A program made the translations under genes and the position numbers. From positions 69,441-101,440 of the forward strand of contig JAQVDW010000005.1 of assembly GCA_028698185.1 (NCBI GenBank): 32,000 nucleotides of DNA, in the 5' to 3' direction. The notes beneath the pieces were generated by a model. That model did not search any database, was not told the origin of the DNA, and was given only the letters and a program-made list of their open reading frames with translations. This DNA comes from Erysipelotrichaceae bacterium (GTDB taxonomy: Bacteria > Bacillota_I > Bacilli_A > Erysipelotrichales > Coprobacillaceae). Below, one piece after another: positions 16,764 through 25,165 of the stretch. Every line of letters begins with the position of its first letter. The stretch's first letter is position 1.

Positions 16764-17487
16764 AAGCGAACTGGAAAATCCGCAGGCTGCCCAAAGACTT
16801 GGCTATCCTGGAAAAATATCTTGAAAAGACCCCAAAGCAGCAGGAACGCCGCGAGCTGACGATGCTTGTCTAGGAGGCGGCTTTTGCCAAGGGAATCGAG
16901 CTTTTCCACATCCGTGATCTCAGCTGCGGATCGCAGGACATTGATTTTGGATGGGACTTTCCTCATGCCCATGCGGTTGTTTACCTGGGCATGGTGGTCA
17001 AGGACCCATTTCTACTGAGTTGCCAGTCGGTTCCCGGGAACAAGACCGGACTGTATTCGATCGCAGCTTTGCAAGTGGAAAATTACCTTTGGGAATTTGC
17101 CGGGATCCTTGAGCTTCAAGGCTACCGGGTCAAAAAAATGGTTGGAATACCCGACCTGATTTCCAGTTCGCCAAGGCCCTGGCCAACAGCGGCAGGGGGA
17201 TGGTTGGGAAAAACGGCCGCTATTTGATTGGTGATTTTGGTTGCAAAGTCTGTCTTGGCTATCTGGTTACCGATGCCCCGCTCCAGGGGGACGATTACCG
17301 GGATACCCAAGTAGTGCTGACCAATCCCTGTCAAAACTGCACTGTCTGCCTTGATGTCTGCCCAACCCAGGCCATCTTGCCAGGTCACATCGATCAAGAC
17401 AAGTGCCTGGAAGGATGTCTTGCCTGCATGGAACATTGCCTGGCATCCCAAATAAGATGGGAAAAACTGCCTTGTGGCGAATTATGA
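16760..17487 (+). pseudogene. second QueG-like paralog, interrupted by an in-frame TAG and a -1 frameshift
   Basis: ATGA overlap with the upstream gene. In-frame TAG at 16871-16873 falls where paralog 1 reads NDFVQEKGIDIF (here TMLV*EAAFAKGIELF). The frame changes from 2 to 1 somewhere within 17113-17227; the A7 run at 17132-17138 is a candidate site. The downstream part MVGKNGRYLIGDFGCKVCLGYLVTDAPLQ ... CQNCTVCLDVCP parallels paralog 1. Confidence 0.65.
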
Positions 17488-17508
17488 CAGATTGAAGGAG
17501 AAAAGCTG

Positions 17509-18351
17509 ATGGAAAACCTGACCCAAAACCAACGACTGGATTGTCTGATTGACTGGCTCAAAGGGGAGTCTTATCATTACCGCAATTTGAAAGTCGATGG
17601 CGATCATGAAAAAAAGAAAGCAACCCTCAGGGCGTTGATGAATATCCGGATGCCCCGGAATGTCCCGATGTCAATCATGACCATCCAGGATGAATATTTG
17701 CAACAAGAACGCCAAGCCACAGGTGTCGTCGGCCCTGATGCCATTCCTTCAATCGAAGAAACATTAGGATCTGAATTGCCGTTTGGTTCCAAACTGGCCT
17801 TATGGCAGGGGGACATCACCACCCTGGAAGTCGATGCGATCGTCAATGCCGCAAACAACCAGCTGCTGGGCTGTTTCATTCCCAATCATCACTGCATCGA
17901 CAACGCGATCCATTCCGGTGCGGGAATGGCCTTGCGGCTGGAGTGCGCCAATTACATGAACAGCAGGCAAAAAATCCACGGCGACCAATATCTGGAGCCA
18001 ACCGGTCAGGCAATGATCACCAATGGCTACAATCTCGCAGCTTCGTATGTGATTCATACAGTCGGCCCGATTGTCACCGGAAAGCTCGAAAATAGCCACC
18101 GCATCGCATTGAAAAGCTGTTATCACAACGTGCTGGAACGGGCCCGGGAAAATGGGCTACGGACCTTGGCGTTGTGTTGCATCTCGACCGGGGAATACCA
18201 TTTCCCCAATCTCGAAGCAGCCCATATCGCTGTGGCAACTGTCCGCGATTACCTGGAAAATCACGGTGACTGTTTCGATTTGATCATCTTCAACGTGTTC
18301 AAGGACCAGGATTATGAATGTTACAAGAATGTACTGTCGTCAATGAAATAG
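17509..18351 (+). CDS. macrodomain protein-ADP-ribose hydrolase (SirTM-partner type)
   Basis: GAAGGAG RBS. The ~95-aa helical N-terminal extension, then LWQGDITTLEVDAIVNAANNQLLGC, HSGAGMALR, YVIHTVGP and CCISTGEYHFP, is the architecture I recall for the Staphylococcus/Streptococcus operon macrodomain. Confidence 0.85.
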   Translation: MENLTQNQRLDCLIDWLKGESYHYRNLKVDGDHEKKKATLRALMNIRMPRNVPMSIMTIQDEYLQQERQATGVVGPDAIPSIEETLGSELPFGSKLALWQGDITTLEVDAIVNAANNQLLGCFIPNHHCIDNAIHSGAGMALRLECANYMNSRQKIHGDQYLEPTGQAMITNGYNLAASYVIHTVGPIVTGKLENSHRIALKSCYHNVLERARENGLRTLALCCISTGEYHFPNLEAAHIAVATVRDYLENHGDCFDLIIFNVFKDQDYECYKNVLSSMK

Positions 18352-18363
18352 GAGGATTCGGAC

Positions 18364-18972
18364 ATGGATTTCATCGATATTTCCAAAAAGCGCCAGACCG
18401 TGCGCAAGTTTTCCAATGAACCGGTCGAACCAGAAAAACTGGAAAAAATATTGGAGGCGGGAAGGTGGGCACCTACGGCTGTCAATGGCCAACCCCAGCG
18501 GATTCTTGTCCTGGACAATCCCGAGAACCTCATGAAGGTGAAGCAGTTCTGCAGTTTTGGCTATGACCAGAAGTATGTCGATCTGGCCCATGAGTGCGAC
18601 GATTCGAAAAACGGGAAAATCAACTTGTACTATGGAGCCCCGCTGGTTCTGTTTGTCTGCTATGACCAGGATGCCTGCTGGAGACATCCCCAGACCGGAG
18701 AGAGTTCCGGAGCGACCGATGCGACAATCGTCGCCACCCATCTGATGCTTGAGGCGGCCAGTTTGAATCTTGGCAGCGTGTGGATCAGCTATTTTGATGA
18801 AACCAAAGCCCGGGAATTGTTGAACATTCCCAAGCAGTGGCAACCCGTATGCATGCTGTATATCGGCTATCCGGCCGCGGATTTTGTGCCCAACACCCAT
18901 CTAGGAGGCAAACGCCTGCCAATCGGGAAAACCTGTTTTTACAACGGGGTTCCCGGGCAACACAATTCGTGA
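18364..18972 (+). CDS. nitroreductase-family flavoprotein
   Basis: AGGAGG RBS, 12 nt after the macro gene. KRQTVRKFSNEPVEPEKLEKILEAGRWAPTAVNGQPQR is the typical nitroreductase N-terminus. Confidence 0.85.
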   Translation: MDFIDISKKRQTVRKFSNEPVEPEKLEKILEAGRWAPTAVNGQPQRILVLDNPENLMKVKQFCSFGYDQKYVDLAHECDDSKNGKINLYYGAPLVLFVCYDQDACWRHPQTGESSGATDATIVATHLMLEAASLNLGSVWISYFDETKARELLNIPKQWQPVCMLYIGYPAADFVPNTHLGGKRLPIGKTCFYNGVPGQHNS

Positions 18973-19037
18973 ATCAACAATCGCCCAGCCGGGCCATGAA
19001 ATATCTTGACCTGGCTAAATTTAATTAAGTCTACTTT

Positions 19038-19067
19038 TTGCGCTCTGGACTCGAATCAAGAGCGCAA
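19038..19067. promoter_or_regulatory. palindrome upstream of the MFS gene (operator or RNA stem; function unknown)
   Basis: TTGCGCTCT (19038-19046) pairs with AGAGCGCAA (19059-19067) with a 12-nt spacer. No T-tract follows, so it is not a canonical terminator. Confidence 0.3.
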
Positions 19068-19098
19068 TAATCAACTGGAAAATACAGGAGGAACAATT

Positions 19099-20319
19099 AT
19101 GGAACAGGAATTCAATATGACAGAACTGAACCGAACGAAACAAAAATTTTTAGGTGAGCGGGGCTTTGTCGGGTTCATCGCCTTTCTGGGAGCTTTTATC
19201 CCGCTGTCAACCGATATCTATTTGCCGGCGATGCCTGGCATGGTTGCCAATTTGAATACGACAATCTCCCTGGTAAATCTGACCCTGGTGCTGTTTTTCG
19301 TCTTTTATGCGATCGGCACCTTGTTCTGGGGGCCGCTAAGCGACAAATATGGCCGCAAGCCAGTTTTGCTTGTGGGGCTTGGCATCTATCTTGTTTCCAG
19401 TGTCTTATGTGCGATGGCCTGGAATGTTTATGTCCTGATCGCCTTTAGGATTTTCCAGGCGATCGGTTGCGGGGCGGCCACGGCGGTTTCCACAGCGATG
19501 ATCAAGGACACGTTTGAAGGAGCCAAGCGAGTCAAAATCCTGGCGATTGTCCAAACGATGGCTACAACTTCGCCAATCGTCTCTCCGGTTATCGGGGCCT
19601 TCATTTTAAGTGCCATTTCCTGGCGGGGGGCTTTCATTTTTCTGGCCCTGATTGGAGCTTTGAGCGTTCTGGGCGCCTTGGTCATGCAGGAGACGAATAA
19701 TTCAAAATCCCAAGAGAAGATTTTCAAAACTATCGGTCGGCTGGGAGTCGTGGCCAAAAACAAAGCTTTCATGTCTTTGCTATTGATGTTCTCATTGTTG
19801 AACGTGGCGTTCATGTCTTTTATCACGGCCTCTTCATTCATCTATGTTGACGGTTTCGGGGTCAGTGAACAAATGTACAGTTATTACTTCTCGGCCAATG
19901 CGGTTTTCCTGCTTTTAGGTCCAATGGTCTATCTGTTTTTGGCAAGATTCATTTCCACCAAGAACCTAATCAAGATCGCCTATTCAATTATCGTCTTGAG
20001 TGGAATCATGGTGGTTACCATCGGAACGAAATCACCGCTGTTGTTTTGTCTGGCTTTGATTCCGGCTTCTCTTGCTGGCAATATGATCGGACCACCGCGG
20101 ACCAATCTGATGATCGAACAGGTTGATGGGGATACTGGAGCTGCTTCGTCTTTGATCAATGGCGTGTTTACAATATTCGGCAGCTTCGGAATGCTTTTGA
20201 TTTCCTTCAATTTTGTCGACAAGATTATTTTGATGGGAAGCATGTACATCCTGGCGGGAACAATAACATTGGCAGCCTGGATTATCTTGGCACGTAAATC
20301 ATACATCATACAAAATTAA
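19099..20319 (+). CDS. MFS efflux transporter, Bcr/CflA-like
   Basis: I prefer ATG 19099, 7 nt after AGGAGG. The protein is multi-TM throughout. LFWGPLSDKYGRKPVLL is the MFS loop 2-3 motif as seen in Bcr/CflA drug exporters. Confidence 0.85.
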   Translation: MEQEFNMTELNRTKQKFLGERGFVGFIAFLGAFIPLSTDIYLPAMPGMVANLNTTISLVNLTLVLFFVFYAIGTLFWGPLSDKYGRKPVLLVGLGIYLVSSVLCAMAWNVYVLIAFRIFQAIGCGAATAVSTAMIKDTFEGAKRVKILAIVQTMATTSPIVSPVIGAFILSAISWRGAFIFLALIGALSVLGALVMQETNNSKSQEKIFKTIGRLGVVAKNKAFMSLLLMFSLLNVAFMSFITASSFIYVDGFGVSEQMYSYYFSANAVFLLLGPMVYLFLARFISTKNLIKIAYSIIVLSGIMVVTIGTKSPLLFCLALIPASLAGNMIGPPRTNLMIEQVDGDTGAASSLINGVFTIFGSFGMLLISFNFVDKIILMGSMYILAGTITLAAWIILARKSYIIQN

Positions 20320-20384
20320 AGTAAAATATGCTTGACTGGAGTTGACTTCAATGCCGTATGATTGAATGTAGGAGGAATATTAAG

Positions 20385-21503
20385 ATGACTTATACATTTG
20401 ACGACATTAAAAAATTAGGCTTCGGTCTGATGCGGCTGCCTAAAATCGGCGATGCGATTGATATCGAACAAACCAAAGTTATGGTTGATGACTTTCTGGC
20501 AGCGGGATTCACGTACTTCGATACGGCCTGGGCCTACAGTGGCTCCGAAGATGCCATCCGGCAGGCTTTGGTGGAACGTTATCCCAGGGATGCTTTCCAG
20601 CTGGCGACCAAGAATGCGGCCTGGATCAATTGCAAAAACCGGGAAGAAGCGATTGATCAGTTTGAAACTTCACTTCGACAAACCGGAGCTGGTTATTTCG
20701 ATTTCTACCTGCTCCACAACCTGGGAGAATCAAGAACCCATTTCTTCGATGATTTCGACATGTGGACTTTCGTTCAGGAGAAAAAAGCTCAAGGGCTGAT
20801 CAAGCATGTCGGTTTCTCGTTCCATTCGACTCCCGAAGAATTGGAAGAAATCCTGATCGCCCATCCGGAGGTCGAATTCGTCCAACTTCAGATCAACTAT
20901 GCCGACTGGGAAAATCCGGCAATCCAATCCCGGGCTTGTTATGAAATGGCCCGCAAATACAACAAGGCGGTAATCGCCATGGAACCGGTCAAAGGAGGCA
21001 TGCTCGCCAACCCTCCCCAACCCGTGGCCGAAGTTTTCCAGGATGCCAATCCTGAAGCTTCACTGGCTTCGTGGGCGATCAAGTTCGCGGCCAATCTTGA
21101 TGGGGTGGTTACTGTCCTTTCGGGAATGAGCGACGTTGAACAGATGGCTGACAATCTGGATTACATGAAGGATTTCACCAAATTGGATGAAGGTGAAATG
21201 GCAGTCATTGCCAAAGCCCAGGAAGAACTGGCCAGAATCGACATCATCCCATGTACGACTTGTGATTACTGTGCTAAGGTCTGTCCGATGAATATCGGAA
21301 TTTCCGGTTCATTCACGGCCATGAACATGATGATTGTCTATGGTGACAAGGCCAAAGCCAAACAACAGGAAAACTGGCTAGTTACCCGCCATGACAAGCA
21401 ACAGGCAAGCGAGTGCATCAAGTGCGGTCTTTGCGAGGAAGTCTGCCCCCAACATATCAAAATCCGCGACCAGTTGGATCGCGTAGTTGCAAAATTGCTT
21501 TAA
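20385..21503 (+). CDS. aldo/keto reductase fused to a C-terminal 2x[4Fe-4S] ferredoxin domain (COG1453-type)
   Basis: ATG 20385 lies 9 nt after AGGAGG. AKR N-terminus GFGLMRLP...YFDTAWAYSGSE. The C-terminus has CTTCDYCAKVCP and CIKCGLCEEVCP. Confidence 0.85.
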   Translation: MTYTFDDIKKLGFGLMRLPKIGDAIDIEQTKVMVDDFLAAGFTYFDTAWAYSGSEDAIRQALVERYPRDAFQLATKNAAWINCKNREEAIDQFETSLRQTGAGYFDFYLLHNLGESRTHFFDDFDMWTFVQEKKAQGLIKHVGFSFHSTPEELEEILIAHPEVEFVQLQINYADWENPAIQSRACYEMARKYNKAVIAMEPVKGGMLANPPQPVAEVFQDANPEASLASWAIKFAANLDGVVTVLSGMSDVEQMADNLDYMKDFTKLDEGEMAVIAKAQEELARIDIIPCTTCDYCAKVCPMNIGISGSFTAMNMMIVYGDKAKAKQQENWLVTRHDKQQASECIKCGLCEEVCPQHIKIRDQLDRVVAKLL

Positions 21504-21530
21504 GAGTTGGAATCCCAACTCTTTTTTTTT
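21503..21530 (+). terminator. rho-independent terminator
   Basis: AGAGTTGG (21503-21510), loop AATC, CCAACTCT (21515-21522), running into T9. Confidence 0.85.
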
Positions 21531-21640
21531 GTATTTCAATTCTACATAACCAAAAACAACTTTGTCAGTTGTCATATCGTTTTGCGACTGCGACCGCCAA
21601 TGATTTCAACCAATGGTGTTTGATGAATTTTGATTTCCAC

Positions 21641-21665
21641 AAAAAAACGCCACCTTGTGGGGCGT
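21641..21665 (-). terminator. terminator of the LysR gene (minus strand)
   Basis: On the minus strand ACGCCCCACAAGGUGGCGU forms a ~7-bp stem with one bulge and is followed by U7 (the A7 tract at 21641-21647 on plus). Confidence 0.65.
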
Positions 21666-21691
21666 AAATGGAACCTTTAGTTGAATCACAT

Positions 21692-22555
21692 TCAAACTTT
21701 TTTCCAGTCGATATCTTTAATTTCTTGTTCGATAAACTCAAACAGTTTTCTTTTATCTTTATGAAATACTGCATAATATTTCATCTTTGCAGCGTCGTCA
21801 GTAATGGGCACATTGACTCTATTGGTATCATTGTTGCGCAATATCGTAATGTCAGTTCTAAAATGAGGCAGTGCAGAAGCTTTTCTTATCTCATTGAACA
21901 CTGTCTCATCATTTTGTGGCAACAGGTGTGAATCGGGCAGGTATTTCAGGTTTATTTCGTTCCAAACTCCTATTTTGGACATAAGCAAAATGCTTTCACC
22001 ATTGAGTTCCTGAAACGAGACCTCTTTAAACATTGCCAGCGGATGAGCCGGTGGTACTGACAGATAGAGTTTTTCGGTGAATAATTCAATGGATAGATAA
22101 TCGTTATGTTCATATGGATGGTTGAGAACGATTATGTTATATTGATTGTTTTTTAACCCCTCAATCAACGAAGTATCCGAATTCCCAATTACGTCCTCAA
22201 TGACCATACCAGGATATTTCTGTTTGAAGAGATAGGTAAGGGCCCAAATTGGTGCCGGTGCCAAAGAACCGATGGAAATTGTCGTTGCCATTCGATCAAA
22301 TTCATAAAGCGCAGTTTTCATATTGTGAGCCATTTCCAGGATTTTCTTGGCGTGTTCATAGGCTAACTTCCCATTGTCGTTCAAAGTTATTTTATTTTTT
22401 TTTCGGTCGAAAAGTTCCACTTCCAAGGTTTCTTCCAGGTTTTTTAGCGAACGGGTTAACGCCGGCTGAGAGACTAACAGAACCTCTGCGGCTTTGGATA
22501 TGGTATTTTGCTCGACTATCGTAACGAAATAAAGTAATTGGCTAAGGTCAAACAT
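21692..22555 (-). CDS. LysR family transcriptional regulator
   Basis: I prefer ATG 22555 (MFDLSQLLYFVTIVEQNTISKAAEVLLVSQPALTRSLKNLEE, a classic LysR HTH), preceded by GGAGG. The longer ORF to 22747 would overlap the divergent AKR gene. Confidence 0.88.
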   Translation of the reverse strand: MFDLSQLLYFVTIVEQNTISKAAEVLLVSQPALTRSLKNLEETLEVELFDRKKNKITLNDNGKLAYEHAKKILEMAHNMKTALYEFDRMATTISIGSLAPAPIWALTYLFKQKYPGMVIEDVIGNSDTSLIEGLKNNQYNIIVLNHPYEHNDYLSIELFTEKLYLSVPPAHPLAMFKEVSFQELNGESILLMSKIGVWNEINLKYLPDSHLLPQNDETVFNEIRKASALPHFRTDITILRNNDTNRVNVPITDDAAKMKYYAVFHKDKRKLFEFIEQEIKDIDWKKV

Positions 22556-22591
22556 AATCACGCCTCCTTCACTATGCATTTTAATTATAGC

Positions 22592-22612
22592 ACAATATTT
22601 TATTGATATTGT
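22592..22612. promoter_or_regulatory. candidate LysR-type operator in the divergent promoter region
   Basis: ACAATAT (22592-22598), 7-nt spacer, ATATTGT (22606-22612): perfect 7-bp dyad between the LysR gene and the AKR operon. Confidence 0.4.
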
Positions 22613-22664
22613 ACTTTTTGTGCGAATGAAAATAAAATATAGATGTAAGGAATGGGAGGCGCAA

Positions 22665-23513
22665 ATGGAATACACGAAATTGAATAATGGAGTCGAGATG
22701 CCGATGTTGGGATATGGAACGTTGCACATAGCGCCAGACAGGACCAAGAACTGTATTTTGAAAGCACTCGGATGTGGCTATCGCTTGATTGATACCGCGG
22801 CGAGTTATCTCAACGAGAAGGAAATCGGTATGGCAGTGGTTGAATCAAATATACCAAGAAAAGAAATTTTTCTGACTTCAAAGGTCTGGGTCCAGGATGC
22901 CGGATATGAGAATACTTTAAAAGCATTTCAGACAAGTATCGCCAATCTGCAAGTGGACTATTTGGATCTGTATCTGATTCACCAGCCCTATGGCGATTAT
23001 TATGGATCGTGGCGGGCGTTGGAAACGTTGTATCAGCAAGGGAAAGTAAGAGCGATTGGTGTATGCAATTTTTCAAGAGAGAGATTCATGGATTTGTGGC
23101 TTAATGCCACAGTCAAGCCAATGGTCAATCAGATTGAAATTCATCCCTTTTACCATCAGGATCATACGACCGCATTGCTGAGAAAATGCGACTGCGCTGT
23201 CCAGGCGTGGGGACCTTTTAATGAGGGCCAAAGCGATATTTTTACAAATGGAATTTTGACTGAAATTGCGAAAAAGCATGAGCGGTCCGTAGCCCAAATC
23301 ATTTTACGATGGCATTATCAAAGGGGTTTGATCACAATTCCCAAAACGTTCAGTGAATCAAGAATGAAAGAAAACTTGGCCATTTTTGATTTCAACCTGG
23401 ACGAAGAAGATTTCACAATGATCAAACAATTGGATATTGGCCATAGTGAGATTATTGATCATCAATGTTACACGACAGCCAAATGGCTGAACAAACATAA
23501 AATACACGATTAG
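22665..23513 (+). CDS. aldo/keto reductase (paralog 1)
   Basis: ATG 22665 after GGGAGG. LNNGVEMPMLGYGT, LIDTAASYLNE (Asp/Tyr), TSKVW (Lys) and LYLIHQP (His) show the catalytic tetrad is present. Confidence 0.88.
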   Translation: MEYTKLNNGVEMPMLGYGTLHIAPDRTKNCILKALGCGYRLIDTAASYLNEKEIGMAVVESNIPRKEIFLTSKVWVQDAGYENTLKAFQTSIANLQVDYLDLYLIHQPYGDYYGSWRALETLYQQGKVRAIGVCNFSRERFMDLWLNATVKPMVNQIEIHPFYHQDHTTALLRKCDCAVQAWGPFNEGQSDIFTNGILTEIAKKHERSVAQIILRWHYQRGLITIPKTFSESRMKENLAIFDFNLDEEDFTMIKQLDIGHSEIIDHQCYTTAKWLNKHKIHD

Positions 23514-24288
23514 GAGGAAAAACAATTTATATTCTACTTTACGGCAACCGGGAACAGCCTGTTTGTCGCCAGACAATTTGGTCATGATTTGAGAAGCATC
23601 CCCCCAGACAATCAATCAGGAAAATCTGGAATTTGAAGATGATACAATCGGGGTGGTCTGGCCGATTTATGCCGGTGAACCACCGAAGATAGTTCTTGAT
23701 TTCTTGAAGCGGGTAACCTTCAAGGCGAACTACTTTTATATGATATTGACATATGGAAAAGATGATACGGATGCCCCGGAATGGATTCATGCAAAAGCCC
23801 GGGGTTTTGGCCTGAATATCGATTACATCCATACAGTGGAGATGGTTGACAATTATTTGCCGTCTTATGACATGAATGAACAAATGACAATGAAGAAAAC
23901 AACAGAGCGGGACATCCTCCAGGCCGTAGAAGACGTTAAAAACAGAAAGAAAGAAATTCCCGAAGCGAATGATGCCGGCCGGGACTTTCATAAAAGAGCG
24001 GCTCAGATTTTTGCGGAAAAACCCGGGCTGATCAATGGAGAACAGATAACCGTGACCGATAAATGTATCGGTTGTGGCATCTGCGCCAAGGTCTGCCCTG
24101 TGGGAATATTCCAGATTGAAGATAAAAAAGCGAAAAGGACAAGAAACACTTGTGAGTTCTGCCTTGCCTGTGCCCAGAACTGTCCCCAAAAAGCAATTAC
24201 CACTTCGATTTTTGATAAGAATCCCAATGCGAGATTTAGAAACGAACACGTTACTTTACAGGATATCATCGTATCAAACAAACAATAA
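23514..24288 (+). pseudogene. flavodoxin-like domain + 2x[4Fe-4S] ferredoxin fusion (EFR1-like), frameshifted and without an obvious start codon
   Basis: KQFIFYFTATGNSLFVARQFGHDLRSI is open in frame 3 directly after the AKR stop/AGGAGG but contains no ATG, GTG or TTG. The family continues in frame 1 (open from 23593: ...PQTINQENLEFEDDTIGVVWPIYAGEPP...). Removing one C from the C6 run 23600-23605 joins the frames. The C-terminus has CIGCGICAKVCP and CEFCLACAQNCP. Confidence 0.6.
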
Positions 24289-24302
24289 AGGAGAAAAATT
24301 AA

Positions 24303-25151
24303 ATGGAAAACTTTACTTTAAACAACAACACAACAATACCAGCAGTAGGATTTGGGGTCTTCCAGATTCCCAATGATGGGCCGACTTATGATGCGACTCT
24401 GGCGGCATTGAAAGCGGGATATCGCCATATCGATACTGCGGCTGGCTACATGAATGAGAGCGACGTCGGTAAAGCGATAGTTGATAGCGGGATTGAAAGA
24501 AGCGAAATATTCATCACTTCCAAATTGTGGGTCCAGGATCATGGTTATGAAAATGCGAAAATCGGGATTGAAAATTCGCTGCGCCTTTTAGGGGTTGATT
24601 ATATTGATCTTTATCTCTTGCATCAGCCTTATGGGGACTATCTTGGTGCTTGGAAAGCGCTCGAAGAAGCCGTGGCGAAAGGAAAAATCAGATCAATCGG
24701 TATCTCCAATATCACAGTCAATCTTTGGAACAAATTCAAGGATGGCATGAATTTGATGCCAGTTGTCAACCAGGTGGAATTCAACCCATTCACTCAGCAA
24801 AAAGAATTAAGAAAAGTGATGGCGGAAAATGACATCCGTTTGGAAGCTTGGTATCCCTTAGGTCATGGAAACAAGGATCTGCTGGAAAACAAGATAATTG
24901 TCGATCTTGCAGAAAAATACAACAAGAATGTGGGCCAAATCATTTTGAGATGGATCTACCAGGAAGGGGTTGTCTCATTGCCAAAGTCGACCAACCCGGA
25001 AAGAATGAAAGGCAATATCGATATCTTTGATTTTGCCTTGAATGATGATGAAATGAAGGCTATTGAAGGATTGGATACTGGAAAAGCATCTCACAATCCC
25101 GAAGATCCAGCGGTTGAACAAAGACTGATGGGAATGAAAATTCATGAATAA
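24303..25151 (+). CDS. aldo/keto reductase (paralog 2)
   Basis: AAGGAG RBS. HIDTAAGYMNE, TSKLW and LYLLHQPYGD. About half of the residues look identical to the neighbouring paralogs by eye. Confidence 0.9.
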   Translation: MENFTLNNNTTIPAVGFGVFQIPNDGPTYDATLAALKAGYRHIDTAAGYMNESDVGKAIVDSGIERSEIFITSKLWVQDHGYENAKIGIENSLRLLGVDYIDLYLLHQPYGDYLGAWKALEEAVAKGKIRSIGISNITVNLWNKFKDGMNLMPVVNQVEFNPFTQQKELRKVMAENDIRLEAWYPLGHGNKDLLENKIIVDLAEKYNKNVGQIILRWIYQEGVVSLPKSTNPERMKGNIDIFDFALNDDEMKAIEGLDTGKASHNPEDPAVEQRLMGMKIHE

Positions 25152-25165
25152 GGAGTAATGGCGAT

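Noticed and set aside
16871-16873. In-frame TAG as a recoded codon (pyrrolysine or programmed readthrough)
   Set aside because: There are no pyl genes or recoding signals in the window. TAG serves as an ordinary stop for other genes here (for example rhaA at 6552-6554 and the AKR at 23511-23513). The same gene also carries a frameshift, so decay or sequencing error is simpler.
20332-20384. Direct repeat TTGACT-N4-TTGACT and a TATGAT box upstream of the ferredoxin-fused AKR, considered as a MerR-type (19-nt spacer) promoter
   Set aside because: The spacing works only for the distal TTGACT. There is no dyad in the spacer and no MerR gene nearby, so this is too speculative to annotate.
23539-24249. 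236-aa minus-strand ORF opposite the EFR1-like gene
   Set aside because: The plus strand encodes two canonical CxxCxxCxxxCP ferredoxin motifs and a flavodoxin loop. The antisense ORF has no recognisable features.
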